A stretch of DNA of 64,000 nt from an uncultured bacterium (GCA_963695095.1 CAVOFT010000001.1:1952001-2016000); one strand, 5' to 3'. Positions 52,829 to 63,521 are shown, counted from the stretch's first letter. A program made the numbers and translations. Notes: generated by a model not told the origin, from the letters alone.

Positions 52829-54328
52829 TCAAGGTTTCTCCAGTGTGTAAATCCTTACCCCTTGCAGCGTTGCGCAGTCGCTAGGCAGGTAGCCATCCAG
52901 GCTGGCCAGGAGTTGCGACTCGCTCCCCCACTCCCAATCACGCGCACTGACCAGCCGCAACCGCGACGGGGAGCCGAGCCCCTCGAGCCTGCTGGCGATC
53001 TGGGCCGGTCGCATGCCCGGCCACAGCAGGGCGGTCGCCGCCTTACCCCGGTAGTAGTACAGGAAGGGCTCCCCCACCACGGCCACCACGATAGGCAGGG
53101 CCTCCTCCACCGCGCTCAGGCGCTCGGCTGCGCCGCGCACGTCCTCCTTGGCGTAGCCGGGATGCCAGTAGTGCTGGCCGAGCCCAGTGCCCAGGACGCC
53201 GGAAAGCAGTAGTATCGCCGACCACCGCATCCAGCGCCAGCGCAGTTGCCCGAGCCCATGGGCCAGGAGCAGGAGCAGCAGGGGCCAGACCATACTCACG
53301 TAGCGGACGTTGTAAACCTTAAAGTTCTTCAGCGCCAGGAAACTCGCCAATCCGAGGGTGACGGCGATCACCACCGCGAACTCGAGCCGCCGCCCGCGCA
53401 GTGTTGTGAAGCCGACGACCAGCGGCAGGCCGATGGCCAGGCCGGCCAGGGCCAGAGCGGGCAGATGGGCGCCGACGGCGACACCGGCTCCCCGGTGCAG
53501 TTCCTCCAGGCTCGGACCGTAGCTGAAACCCGCCACCAAGCTGAAGATCGTGTAGGGCAGGGCCATCGGCGTGAAGGTCGTCTCGCCGCGCAGGGGTGCT
53601 GCGTCCCAGGCGGGGGCATTCGTGACCAGGCGTTGAGGCGCCATCTGCTCCACGAAACTGATCAGCCAGGGCAGGCAGAGCAGGATCAGGATCCCCGCGG
53701 CCGCCGCAAGCCAGGTCAGCAGCCGCCGGCGGTGCCCCGAGGCTCCGATCAGCAGCGCCAGGCACAAGCCCGCCAGGAAGAGCAGGAAGCTCAGGTTCGC
53801 CAGCGTGCCCAGCCAGGCGGTGAGCACGAGACCCAGGAAGGCGCCCCGCCCCGGCCGGCCGGTCCCGCGCCAACCCTCTGCCGCGAGCAGGCAGGCGGGG
53901 GCGAGCAGGAGCACCAGGCTGTAGTTGCGCAGCTCCTGCCCGTACCAGATGGCGAAGGGACTGATCGCCGCCAGCAGACCCGCCAGGGCCGCCGTTCCTG
54001 CGCCGGAGACGCGTCTCGCCCATGCATGGAGAGGCCAGACGGCCGCCGCGCCGAGCAGCGCCGAGAGCAGGCGCAATGTCTCGCCGGGCAGCAGGGGCGC
54101 AAGCAGGGCGGCCAGCCCGTTGTAGAGCGGGCCGTGCAGGTCGGCAAAGAAGTGGCCGGCATCCACTGTGCGCAGGTGGTGCACCGCCTTCAGGGTGTAG
54201 AGCTCGTCCACCCAGAAGCCCCAGGCAGTGAGGTGGTAGACGCGCAGGATCAAAGCCAGCAGCACCAGCCCGGCGGGGAGCCAGGGGCCGTGCAGCCAGG
54301 CCGACGGGGTACGAGCTGGGCTGTGCAA
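52829..54328 (-). CDS. GT-C membrane glycosyltransferase (ArnT/PMT-like)
   Basis: FWVDELYT, HGPLY, SPFAIWYGQELRNY, many TM helices; start codon uncertain. Confidence 0.8.
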   Translation of the reverse strand: MHSPARTPSAWLHGPWLPAGLVLLALILRVYHLTAWGFWVDELYTLKAVHHLRTVDAGHFFADLHGPLYNGLAALLAPLLPGETLRLLSALLGAAAVWPLHAWARRVSGAGTAALAGLLAAISPFAIWYGQELRNYSLVLLLAPACLLAAEGWRGTGRPGRGAFLGLVLTAWLGTLANLSFLLFLAGLCLALLIGASGHRRRLLTWLAAAAGILILLCLPWLISFVEQMAPQRLVTNAPAWDAAPLRGETTFTPMALPYTIFSLVAGFSYGPSLEELHRGAGVAVGAHLPALALAGLAIGLPLVVGFTTLRGRRLEFAVVIAVTLGLASFLALKNFKVYNVRYVSMVWPLLLLLLAHGLGQLRWRWMRWSAILLLSGVLGTGLGQHYWHPGYAKEDVRGAAERLSAVEEALPIVVAVVGEPFLYYYRGKAATALLWPGMRPAQIASRLEGLGSPSRLRLVSARDWEWGSESQLLASLDGYLPSDCATLQGVRIYTLEKP

Positions 54329-54330
54329 GG

Positions 54331-55098
54331 CTAGTAAGCGCCTCGCCGGGCGATGATGGCCGGCAGGGTGCGCAGCAGGATCTTGGCATCGAAGAGGAAG
54401 CTGCGCAGCTTGACGTACTCCATGTCCAGCCGCATCCACTCCTCGAAACCGATGCTGCTGCGGCCGGAAACCTGCCAGAGACAGGTGATGCCGGGCGTCA
54501 CCTCCAGGCGCCGGTAATGCCAGGGCTCGTACAGATCGACCTCGCAGGGGATCTGCGGCCGCGGCCCCACCACGCTCATGTCCCCTTTGAAGACATTGAA
54601 GAGCTGCGGCAGCTCATCCAGGCTGCTCCGGCGCAGGAAGCGCCCCAGCGTGGTGATCCGCGGATCGTCACGGATCTTGAACATGGGGCCCTCGGCTTCG
54701 TTGAGGTAGCGGAACTCCTCCTTGAGCGACTCCGCATCGGCGACCATCGAGCGGAACTTGTAGCAGATGAAGTGTCGCCGATTGCGGCCGACACGGATCT
54801 GGCGGAAGAAAAGGGGGCCATTGCTCTCGAGTTTGATCAGGACGGCCAGGGGCACCATGAGCGGCAGGAAGAGCAGGATCCCGCCGGCGCTCAAGCAGAG
54901 GTCCAAGACCCGCTTGCTGACCCGGTAGTGCCAGGGGTCGCGAACCGGAAAGCTGATCAGATCGCCGCCGCGATCTGGGCCGGGCGCCTGGGACTGCACG
55001 GCGACCGGAGCGACGGCCGCATGGGTTTCTGGGGGGCTGAGCAGCGATCCTCTGGAAGCCATTGCTTTCGACCTCGGGTGTCCGACTGGCTGCGACAC
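54331..55098 (-). CDS. Second priming sugar transferase
   Basis: [36 protein letters not shown]. Confidence 0.92.
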   Translation of the reverse strand: MSQPVGHPRSKAMASRGSLLSPPETHAAVAPVAVQSQAPGPDRGGDLISFPVRDPWHYRVSKRVLDLCLSAGGILLFLPLMVPLAVLIKLESNGPLFFRQIRVGRNRRHFICYKFRSMVADAESLKEEFRYLNEAEGPMFKIRDDPRITTLGRFLRRSSLDELPQLFNVFKGDMSVVGPRPQIPCEVDLYEPWHYRRLEVTPGITCLWQVSGRSSIGFEEWMRLDMEYVKLRSFLFDAKILLRTLPAIIARRGAY

Positions 55099-55243
55099 AG
55101 GGTGGAGTGCCGATGCCGGCGAAGCGGCATTAGGGCAGGCACTCCTGACTACGAGAGCGATAGCAAGCGATCGATAGGGCCTCCAGGGCGTTCAACTCAA
55201 AGCTTATTCTACCAGAGTGCCGCGCCCCCTGTAAAGCGGTCCC

Positions 55244-56341
55244 CTAGTAGGCCGCGCGCACGGCGGCACAGACGGCGTCGATCATGGGCTCGCTCATTTC
55301 CGCAAACATGGGCAGGCTGAGGATCTCGGCGGCACCGCGCTCCGCCTCAGGGAACTGCCCGGCGCTCCCCAGGTGCTGGAAGGCCGGCTGACGGTGCACC
55401 GGCTGCGGGTAGTGATAGCCGAAGCCGATCCCTGCCCCCTCCAGCGATGCCGCGATCGCCGCCACGCGCGGACTACGAATTACAAAAAGGTGAAACACGG
55501 GCTCGTGTTCCGGCCGCTCCCAGGGCAGGCTGAGATCCTCCAGACCCTGCAGACGCTCGCGATAAGCCGCGGCCACGGCGCGCCGCCTGGCGTTCCAGTC
55601 GTCGAGGTGACGGAGTTTCACCCGCAGGACTGCCGCCTGCAGGGCGTCCAGCCGGCTGTTCGTGCCCAGGCGCTCGTGGTGGTACTTGCGGGGGCTGCCG
55701 TGATCGCCGATCTCCCGCACCGCCCGCGCGTGTTCGGCGCTGGCCGCCAGGACCGCGCCGCCGTCACCATAGGCGCCCAGGTTCTTGCCCGGGTAGAAGC
55801 TGAAGCCGGCCAAGGGCGCCAACGCGCCGCAGCGACGGCCGTGGTAGCGCGCCCCGTGGGCCTGGGCGGCGTCCTCGATCACGAGGAGTTCATGCCGGGC
55901 CGCCATCGCGAGCAGGGGATCCATGTCCACCGGGTCTCCATAGAGGTGCACGGGCATCAGCGCCCGCGTGCGCGGCGTGATCGCCGCCTCCACCTGCGCG
56001 AGATCCAGGTGGTAGCTGCGTCGCTCCATGTCCACGAGGACGGGACTCGCCCCGGCCAGGGTGATCGCCTCCACCGTCGCCACGAAGGTGTTCGCCGCCG
56101 TGATCACCTCGTCGCCGGGGCCCAGCCCCGCCGCCCGGCAGGCCAGCTGCAGCGCATCGGTGCCGTTCGCCACGCCGACGGCGTGCTCGGCGCCGCAGTA
56201 GGCGGCGAACTCCGTTTCGAAGTCGCGCAGGGCGGCCCCGCCGATGAAGGCGCCGCGCTCCATGATGGCCGTCAGTTCCGGCAACAACTCGGCCTTGATC
56301 GCCTGGTATTGCGCCTTGAGATCCAGAAAAGGCACCGGCAT
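55244..56341 (-). CDS. DegT/DnrJ/EryC1/StrS aminotransferase (WbpE-like)
   Basis: VPFLDLKAQY, NGTDAL, EDAAQAHGA, SFYPGKNLGAYGDGG. Confidence 0.93.
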   Translation of the reverse strand: MPVPFLDLKAQYQAIKAELLPELTAIMERGAFIGGAALRDFETEFAAYCGAEHAVGVANGTDALQLACRAAGLGPGDEVITAANTFVATVEAITLAGASPVLVDMERRSYHLDLAQVEAAITPRTRALMPVHLYGDPVDMDPLLAMAARHELLVIEDAAQAHGARYHGRRCGALAPLAGFSFYPGKNLGAYGDGGAVLAASAEHARAVREIGDHGSPRKYHHERLGTNSRLDALQAAVLRVKLRHLDDWNARRRAVAAAYRERLQGLEDLSLPWERPEHEPVFHLFVIRSPRVAAIAASLEGAGIGFGYHYPQPVHRQPAFQHLGSAGQFPEAERGAAEILSLPMFAEMSEPMIDAVCAAVRAAY

Positions 56342-56528
56342 GGTCCCCACTTCCCTTCCGCAGACTGCGACCGCCGCCCGCGCCGGCGGGTCCGCCCCGC
56401 GCCTGCGGCTGTCATCCTCTTCGCGAAAGCAGCCGGAGTGCCAGCGACGGCGCCGCTGCCCCCTGCCACATTGACGCCCCCGAAGGCGGGTGATAGCGTA
56501 GCAATTCTCGCCCGAAAGGAAAGCCCCC

Positions 56529-57716
56529 ATGCTGCGTGTAGCGATGGTCGCCTACACCTACTACGCGTCCGATCCCCGCGTGCGGCGCGAGGCCGAGGCC
56601 CTGGCCGAGCGCGGCGACGCCGTGGAGGTCTATTGCCTGCGCCGGCGCGGGGAGCCGGCCGGCGAGGACTGCCGCGGCGTCCGCGTCCGCCATCTGCCCA
56701 TGGCCCGCTACCGGGGCGGCAATGCGCTCCTGTACATGGGCAGCTATTGCCGCTTCTTCCTGCTCGCCGCCTGGACGCTCGGCTGGCGGCACCTGCGCCG
56801 GCCCTACGCCCTCGTGCACGCCAACAACATGCCGGACTTCATGGCCTTCACCGCCCTCGTGCCGCGGCTCGGCGGCCGCCCCCTCATCCTGGACATCCAC
56901 GATACGATGCCGGAGATCTACCAGGGCAAGTTCGGCGTGGGCGCGCGCCACCCGCTCATCCGCTTGCTGCGCTTCCAGGAGCGCGCCAGCGCTCGCTTTG
57001 CCAGCCGCGTGCTCACCTCCGAGCACACGAAGCGGGAGGCCCTCATCGGGCATGGCCTGCCGGCCGCGAAGATCGAGGTGCTGCTCAACCTGCCGGATCC
57101 CCGGCTCTTCCCGTCCTCGCCGCCGCGCCCCGCCCGCTCCCCCGCCGAGGGCTTCCGGCTCGTCTTTCACGGCACCCTTGCCGAGCGCCTCGGCGTCGAT
57201 CTCGCTCTGCGCGCCGTCGCCCTGCTCGGCGATCGGATTCCGGACCTCCGCCTGGACATCATCGGCGACGGGGATCAGCGGCCCCGTCTGCTCGCCCTCC
57301 GCGACGAGCTGGGCCTGGACGGCCGCGTCCGCTTCAGCGACGGCATGGTCCCCGTCGAGGAGCTGCCGGGCCTGCTCGCCGAAGCCGACCTCGGCGTGAT
57401 CCCCACCCGCGAGGAGATCGGCACCCGCTACATGCTGCCCACGAAGCTCCTCGAATACGCGGCCCTCGGCATACCGACGGTGGTGGCGCCCACCCACACA
57501 ATCCGCTATTACTTTGACGACGCGCAGGTGGCGTTCTTCTCGCCCGGGAGCGCCGACTCCCTGGCCACGGTCATCTACGATCTCTACGCGGACCCCGAGG
57601 CGCGTCGGCGCCTCGCGGCGGGTGCCGCCCGCTTCGCTGAGCGCTTCGCCTGGGAGCGGCACAAGCAGGTCTACACCGACCTGGTGGACGCGCTCTGTGC
57701 CGGTGGGAAGGAGTAA
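56529..57716 (+). CDS. Glycosyltransferase family 4
   Basis: DPRVRREAEAL, HANNMPD, LPTKLLEY. Confidence 0.88.
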   Translation: MLRVAMVAYTYYASDPRVRREAEALAERGDAVEVYCLRRRGEPAGEDCRGVRVRHLPMARYRGGNALLYMGSYCRFFLLAAWTLGWRHLRRPYALVHANNMPDFMAFTALVPRLGGRPLILDIHDTMPEIYQGKFGVGARHPLIRLLRFQERASARFASRVLTSEHTKREALIGHGLPAAKIEVLLNLPDPRLFPSSPPRPARSPAEGFRLVFHGTLAERLGVDLALRAVALLGDRIPDLRLDIIGDGDQRPRLLALRDELGLDGRVRFSDGMVPVEELPGLLAEADLGVIPTREEIGTRYMLPTKLLEYAALGIPTVVAPTHTIRYYFDDAQVAFFSPGSADSLATVIYDLYADPEARRRLAAGAARFAERFAWERHKQVYTDLVDALCAGGKE

Positions 57717-57719
57717 GCC

Positions 57720-59378
57720 ATGTACCTCGAGTTCTTCGGCTTGCGCGAGAAGCCCTTCAACGTCACGCCGGATCCCCATTTCCTCTACATGTCGCCCAGC
57801 CACCAGGAGGCCTTCGCCAACCTCCTCTATGGCGTTCGCGAGCGCAAGGGCTTCATCCTCGTCACGGGCGAGGTGGGCACGGGCAAGACCACCCTGCTGC
57901 ACAGCTTGCTGGCCAGCCTCGACAACGACATTCGCAGCGTCTTCGTCTACCACACCGGCATGGAATTCACGGATCTCCTCGAGACGATCCACCATGAGCT
58001 CGCCATTCCCATGACTGCGGTCACCCGCGCCTCCCTGCTGCAGAGCCTCAGCCGCTATCTCATCGAAGAGCTCGGGGCCGGCCGCAACGTGGCCTTGATC
58101 ATCGACGAGGCCCAGAACCTCACGCCCGAGATCCTGGAGAATCTCCGCCTGCTGTCCAACCTAGAGACGGCCAAGGACAAGCTCCTGCAGATCGTCCTCG
58201 TCGGGCAGCCGGAGCTCGAGGAAAAGATGGCCCTGCCCCAGCTGCGCCAGCTCAAGCAGCGCATCGCCGTGCACGGCATCATCCACGCGCTCAGCCCCAC
58301 CGAAAGCCGCGCCTACCTGCGCCACCGCCTGGCGGTAGCCGGCGCGCCGAACCAGGGCGCCGGCATTTTCAGCGAGGAGGCGATCAGCCATCTGATCCAC
58401 GCCGCCGGCGGCATCCCCCGCCAGCTGAACCTGCTCTGCGACAACGCCCTGCTCATCGCCTATGCCGACGGTTCGCGCGAGGTGCTCAGCGGCCATGCGC
58501 GCGAGGCGATCCGCGATCACGGCGTGGCGACGCCGAGCGCCCGCCGCCGCGTCAGCGAGGGGGCGCCCGCAGCCGTCGCCGCTCCGCCGCCGCCACCGCA
58601 CCGGCTGCGCAGCTGGCGCCTGCCGGTCCTGCTCGCCGCCGCTTTCCTGCTGCTGGCGATGATCTACGCGGGTTACCGCCTCGGCGCCCGCGGCGGCGAG
58701 AGGCCGCCGCGCCCGACGCAGAGCGCCGCCCCCCGCCCCGATCCGGCGGCGCCCGCCGCCCCGGTCGCCGCCCTCGCCGCGACGGACTCCAGCGTCCAGG
58801 CCCCCGGCGGCACGCGTCCCGGCGCCGAACTCATCCCGGCTAGTCCTCCAGTCGCCACGCCCAGCGCTGCAGCCGCGCGCGCCGCCCGCGTGGACAGCAT
58901 GCGCAGCGCGCGCAGTCGGGTCCCGGCCGAGCGAGCGATCGCGCCACCCACCCTGCCGGCTGCCACGCCCGTGCCCGCGCGCATCGAAACGGCCAGCCCC
59001 CCAGCGGCCGAAATCCAGGTTCCCCGCGAGTACGGTGAGCCGGCCCGGCCGAGCGAGGCGCCGGACGAACCCGTCGGGTCGCCGCCCCCGCTTGTCACGC
59101 AGGGCCGCGCCCCCGGACCCGACCTCCTCGGCGAGTTCTGGCGAGCCGGCAATCTCGTCGACCTGCAGGCAGTGCTGGACCGGGCGCCGCGGCGCCCCTA
59201 CACTGTCTTGCCGGGGGACCACTTCATCGCCGTCGTCTATGCAGCCACCGGTCGCCAAGACATGCTCGTCCTCGAACTCATCGAGCGGATGAATCCCCAT
59301 ATCACCGATTTCGACCTGATCCAGCCCGGCTGGGTGCTCTACTTGCCGGATCTCAGCGAGCAGGAACCCGGCCCCTGA
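57720..59378 (+). CDS. ExeA/PrsA-like AAA ATPase with TM helix and C-terminal LysM-like domain
   Basis: MYLEFFGLREKPF, GEVGTGKT, IDEAQNL, LVGQPEL, GGIPR; C-terminal YTVLPGD...NPHITDFDLIQPGWVLYLP. Confidence 0.88.
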   Translation: MYLEFFGLREKPFNVTPDPHFLYMSPSHQEAFANLLYGVRERKGFILVTGEVGTGKTTLLHSLLASLDNDIRSVFVYHTGMEFTDLLETIHHELAIPMTAVTRASLLQSLSRYLIEELGAGRNVALIIDEAQNLTPEILENLRLLSNLETAKDKLLQIVLVGQPELEEKMALPQLRQLKQRIAVHGIIHALSPTESRAYLRHRLAVAGAPNQGAGIFSEEAISHLIHAAGGIPRQLNLLCDNALLIAYADGSREVLSGHAREAIRDHGVATPSARRRVSEGAPAAVAAPPPPPHRLRSWRLPVLLAAAFLLLAMIYAGYRLGARGGERPPRPTQSAAPRPDPAAPAAPVAALAATDSSVQAPGGTRPGAELIPASPPVATPSAAAARAARVDSMRSARSRVPAERAIAPPTLPAATPVPARIETASPPAAEIQVPREYGEPARPSEAPDEPVGSPPPLVTQGRAPGPDLLGEFWRAGNLVDLQAVLDRAPRRPYTVLPGDHFIAVVYAATGRQDMLVLELIERMNPHITDFDLIQPGWVLYLPDLSEQEPGP

Positions 59379-59396
59379 GCGGCGAGGTAGCGAGGC

Positions 59397-59852
59397 GTGA
59401 GTAAGACCTTCAAGGCACTCCAGCGCGCTGCCGCCGAGCATGCACGCCGGCAGCGCCCGGATGCGGACGAGGCGCAGCCCGTGCCGGAGGATCCCCCGCC
59501 TCCCTCGGCGGCCATGGCCCGGCTCTATGCCATCACCCATCCCCCGGGCGCGGCGGCCGCGCGGCCCCCGGCGCCGGATGGGAGCCAGGCGCTGCGCAGC
59601 GAAATGGATCCCCAGCTGCGCGAACTGCTGGAGATCAGCTTCCGGCCCGGCTGTCCCGATCTGCAAGTCGGCGCTGATGGCTGGGTACGGGGCCGGCTGG
59701 ATCGCGAGGCTCTGATCGCCCTGCGCCGGCGCCACGCCCTCCTGCACTGCCTGCAAAAGAGCGATCAGGAGAGCTTCTGGTTCTGGGGCTCTGCGCGCGA
59801 GGCAGCCGCCCTGGCGGAGGCCGCCGGCTATCCACTGGACGCGGACACCTGA
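59397..59852 (+). CDS. Hypothetical protein
   Basis: ORF with RBS directly after the ATPase; N-terminus SKTFKALQRA. Confidence 0.55.
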   Translation: MSKTFKALQRAAAEHARRQRPDADEAQPVPEDPPPPSAAMARLYAITHPPGAAAARPPAPDGSQALRSEMDPQLRELLEISFRPGCPDLQVGADGWVRGRLDREALIALRRRHALLHCLQKSDQESFWFWGSAREAAALAEAAGYPLDADT

Positions 59853-59883
59853 TCACCGCGTGTTCCCTCGGCAGCCGCGCGGT

Positions 59884-60732
59884 TCAGGGGGCGCCGGCCG
59901 GCGGCAGCGGGCTCCCCGGGCGATAGGCGCTGAGCTCCGAGGTGAAGGCGCCCACCGGCGCGCGCGCCTTGAGCTTCACCGGCAGGCGCCGTGCATCATC
60001 GCTGAGGTAGATGAGCATCCGCCCCTCGGACTTGAAGAGGCCTTGACTCTGCAGGGTCGGCTCCAGCACGAGACAGTTGAAGCTGCCCAGCGCCGTCTCC
60101 ACGCGTTCGCGCCCGGTGACGCTCACGCGCAGGGGGTAGCTCTTCTTCCCGTCATGGACAGGAATGTGCAGCACCATTCCCTCGCTGAGGGCGAAGGCGC
60201 GAATGTAGAAAAGTGCGCTCAAGATATCCTGACTGCCCGGCATCAAGGCCGCCTCGCTGCCGTCGGCGTAGCGGGCGATGCCCTCCTCGTGCAGGTACTC
60301 CGCCTGGAAGTCTGCCTTGTAGTCGCCCTCACGCAGCTGCTTGGCGAAGCGCAGGCTGTGGAGGCGCTCCAGATCGAGCAGGGAGCTGATCTCGTCCCGC
60401 ACCTTGTAGACGGCATCGATCCACTGCGCCGAACGCGCGCGCGAGACCAGGCCGAGCGCGGGTCGGCCGCGGTGCACTTCCACGCCGCGCGTCTCCAGGC
60501 GGGCGCGCCCGACGCTCACCACCCCGTACTGAAGCTCGAAATCGAAGACCTCGCCGCTGCCGAACGGTAGCGCGCCCGGCTGCAGCATTCCTTCGCTGCC
60601 ATCGGGGTACTGCACCCGGCAGGCGCCCGGCGCCAGGGAATCCGCCGGCGCCTGCGCCCAGCCCGGCCCGGCCAGAGACGCCGCGATGGCGACCGCGAGC
60701 AGGCAGCACCGGACGCCAAGGGGATCATTCAC
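59884..60732 (-). CDS. DUF3108-like exported protein
   Basis: Signal peptide, PFGSGE, YKVRD, QDILSALFYIR, DDARRLPVK. Confidence 0.75.
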   Translation of the reverse strand: MNDPLGVRCCLLAVAIAASLAGPGWAQAPADSLAPGACRVQYPDGSEGMLQPGALPFGSGEVFDFELQYGVVSVGRARLETRGVEVHRGRPALGLVSRARSAQWIDAVYKVRDEISSLLDLERLHSLRFAKQLREGDYKADFQAEYLHEEGIARYADGSEAALMPGSQDILSALFYIRAFALSEGMVLHIPVHDGKKSYPLRVSVTGRERVETALGSFNCLVLEPTLQSQGLFKSEGRMLIYLSDDARRLPVKLKARAPVGAFTSELSAYRPGSPLPPAGAP

Positions 60733-61498
60733 CGTTCTCCTCGCCGGCAATGACGCCGCGCTCGATGCCCCAGTGCAGGGCGTGCTTCAGTCCCACCTGC
60801 AGAGCCGACAGCGCGCAGAGCAGGAGACCGTGCGGGCCGTCTCGCCAGCCCTGCTGCCAGACCGCCATCCGCAGAAAGCGGGCCGGCGGCCGCAACAGCA
60901 CGCGGTCCAGGCCCGCCCGCTTGCCCTCGCGCGCGAGCTGGCGCGCCCCGGCGCGCGCATAGCGCAGCATGCGCTCGAGGTAGTCGTCAATGTCCCGATA
61001 GCTCTCGTGTTCCAGCGCCGCCTCCAAACGGCCGTAGCCGGCGTCACAGTGCAGCTCTTCGTGGACAAGCGCCTCCCGGTAGCGGCCCGCGTCCCGCTCG
61101 AGCAGGCGCAGGACCCCGTCGCGGTCCCAGCCGGCGTGCCGGATCTCGCGGCCGAGGAAGCGGCTGCGGCGCGGGATCCAGTAGGCCTGAGCGGCAGGCG
61201 CCGCCAAGGTGGCGTCGATCTCCCGGCGCAGGGCCTCCCCGACGCGCTCGTCCGCATCCAGAATCAGCACCCAGCCCGGCGCCAGCTGCCCCAGGCCCCA
61301 GTTCTTCTGATCCGCCGGCGAGCGGTAGGGCCGCTGCCGGAACTCCGCGCCCGCGGCCCGGGCGATGCGCTCCGTGCCGTCCGTGGAATGGGAATCGACG
61401 ACCAGGATGCGCTCGGCCCAACCCGCCACCGAAGCCAGACAGGCGGGCAGGTTGCGCTCCTCGTTCCAGGTCGTGATCAGTACTTGCGGCCCGGTCAC
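60725..61498 (-). CDS. GT2 LPS glycosyltransferase (LgtF/KdtX-like)
   Basis: NEERNL, DSHSTDGT, QKNWG, LDADE, VHE. Confidence 0.88.
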   Translation of the reverse strand: MTGPQVLITTWNEERNLPACLASVAGWAERILVVDSHSTDGTERIARAAGAEFRQRPYRSPADQKNWGLGQLAPGWVLILDADERVGEALRREIDATLAAPAAQAYWIPRRSRFLGREIRHAGWDRDGVLRLLERDAGRYREALVHEELHCDAGYGRLEAALEHESYRDIDDYLERMLRYARAGARQLAREGKRAGLDRVLLRPPARFLRMAVWQQGWRDGPHGLLLCALSALQVGLKHALHWGIERGVIAGEENGE

Positions 61499-62496
61499 AG
61501 GCTCTCGCGCTCCGCGTGCAGGTCCCGCAGCCTTGCAGACACCTCGGCGGGCGTCAAGCCGTTCATGCAGGGGTGTCCCGCGAGGGGACAGCGCGTCAGT
61601 CCGCAGGGGCTGCAGGGCAGTTCGCGGCGCAAGATGGGGTGCGCGGGCGCTGCCACGGACCAGATCGCCGGATCGCTGGGCCCGAAGAGCGCCAGGCTCG
61701 GCGTACCCAGAGCGACGGCGATGTGGCGGGCCCCCGAATCGCCGCTGAGCAGGAGGTCCGCGTGGCGCAGGGCCGCCACCAGCCCGGGGACATCCGTCGC
61801 CGGCAGCAGCGCGGCGCCGCTGGCCGCCGCGATCTCGGCGAGCAGCGTCTGCTCGCTCGGCGCTCCCAGCAGGACGACACGCCAGCCCGCCGCGCGCCGA
61901 TCGCGGATCAGCTCGGCGTAGTGGCCCGCCGGCCACTGCTTCGCCGGCCAGGTCGCCCCCGGCGCAACCAGCAGACAGGGGCCATCGCCGGCAGGGAGCG
62001 GATTCCGCTCGCCGGCCGGAGCGGGCGGCAGGCGCAGGCTCAGGTCGCCAGGCGCGATGCCGAGGCTCTCCACCAGCCGGAAGTGATTGATCGGCGCATA
62101 GGGCCGGCCCCGCTCCGTCGGCCAGCCGCGGTCCACCTTCTCGGTGTAGAAGTAGTGGCGGTGGCGCACGCGATAGCCATGGCGCCGCGGCGCGCCGCTG
62201 GCCCAGGTGAAGAGCGCGGAAGTGCTGCTGCCCTGCAGATCGAGCACCAGATCGTAGCGCTCGCCGCGCAGGCGATGCGCCCAGCGCAAGTCGCTCAGCC
62301 ACCGCGGTCGGGCCCGGCGCGGATAGGCGAGCAGGCGGTCGCAGTCCGCGCTGCCGGCGAGCAATGGCGCGAGTTCCCTGTCCACCAGGTAGTCGATGCG
62401 GGCTGCCGGGTAGTGGCGCCGCAGCGCGGCGAGCAGAGGGGTGGCCAGCAACACGTCGCCCAGGGCCCGAAAACGCATCACGAGAATGCGCTTCAC
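61495..62496 (-). CDS. GT9 heptosyltransferase-family protein
   Basis: ALGDVLLATP, PGATWPAKQWP, GDSGARH, LFGPS. Confidence 0.88.
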   Translation of the reverse strand: MKRILVMRFRALGDVLLATPLLAALRRHYPAARIDYLVDRELAPLLAGSADCDRLLAYPRRARPRWLSDLRWAHRLRGERYDLVLDLQGSSTSALFTWASGAPRRHGYRVRHRHYFYTEKVDRGWPTERGRPYAPINHFRLVESLGIAPGDLSLRLPPAPAGERNPLPAGDGPCLLVAPGATWPAKQWPAGHYAELIRDRRAAGWRVVLLGAPSEQTLLAEIAAASGAALLPATDVPGLVAALRHADLLLSGDSGARHIAVALGTPSLALFGPSDPAIWSVAAPAHPILRRELPCSPCGLTRCPLAGHPCMNGLTPAEVSARLRDLHAERESL

Positions 62497-63521
62497 GTGC
62501 GCTCCAGGAGCGCCGCCAGGCTGGCGAAGGCCTGCTCGGGACTGATATCCGCGAGGCAGAAGGGATCCGGGCAATGGTCCCTGTGGCAAGGGCGACAGGG
62601 CGCGGCGAGGGCGAGCAGTTCCGCGTGCGGGCTCTCGTCATAGGGGAACCAGATGGCCGGATCCGTGGGGCCGAACAGAGCCAGGGTGGGCAGTCCGAGC
62701 GCGATCGCCAGGTGCATGATGCCGCCGTCGCCCGTCACCAGGGCGCGACAGGCTGCGAGCAGGCCCATCAGCGGACGCAGCTCCAGCTCCGGCAGGATGA
62801 CGACCTGCGAATTGCTCAGGGCGCGGATGCGCTCCAGGCGCGCGCGCTTGCCCGGCTGCCCCAGGAAGACGGGTCGGCAGCGCCCGTCCATGCGCAGCAG
62901 CGCGGCAAGGCGCACGAAGTAGTCCTCGGGCCACTCCTTGGCCGGCTGACTGGCGCCCGTGAGAATGGCGACCGTGCCCTTGCCCAGCCCGCGATCCTCG
63001 AGCATGCGGCGGCCGGCCGCCAGCTCGGCGGGCGCCACGCTGAGCCGAGGCGGGCTGAGCGCCTGGGGCCCCGCGATCGCCTCGACGAAGCGCAGGTGAT
63101 GCCGCGGCGCCGAGTCGCCCGGCTCGCCACCCGGCGGGCGCAGCGTGTAGAGCAGCGAGCGCGGAAAGCGCCCCCGCCCCACCCGCGTCGGCGCCTGGCT
63201 GAGGGCGCTGATCCAGGCGCTGCGCGGATTGCCGAACAGGTCGATGACGAGGTCGTAGCGTCCGCGCAGGCGCGGCAGCAGGCTCCAGACGCTCTCGCCG
63301 AGTTCGTCATCGCCGCGGCGCAGCGCGTGCACGGCCCGCAGCTCGGGCGTGCGCGCGAGCACCTCGTGGTAGGGCGCCTCGCAGAGGTAGTCGATGGCCG
63401 CGCCCGGGAAGGCCCGCCTGAGGGCCGCCAGCACGGGCAGGGTGAGGATCACATCCCCCAGGAAGCGCAGCCGCGTGACGAGGATCGCGCTGGGCTCGCC
63501 CTTGCCGAATCGGGTCTTCAC
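62493..63521 (-). CDS. GT9 heptosyltransferase-family protein
   Basis: FLGDVILTLP, KEWP, GDGGIMHLA, LFGPT. Confidence 0.88.
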   Translation of the reverse strand: MKTRFGKGEPSAILVTRLRFLGDVILTLPVLAALRRAFPGAAIDYLCEAPYHEVLARTPELRAVHALRRGDDELGESVWSLLPRLRGRYDLVIDLFGNPRSAWISALSQAPTRVGRGRFPRSLLYTLRPPGGEPGDSAPRHHLRFVEAIAGPQALSPPRLSVAPAELAAGRRMLEDRGLGKGTVAILTGASQPAKEWPEDYFVRLAALLRMDGRCRPVFLGQPGKRARLERIRALSNSQVVILPELELRPLMGLLAACRALVTGDGGIMHLAIALGLPTLALFGPTDPAIWFPYDESPHAELLALAAPCRPCHRDHCPDPFCLADISPEQAFASLAALLERT

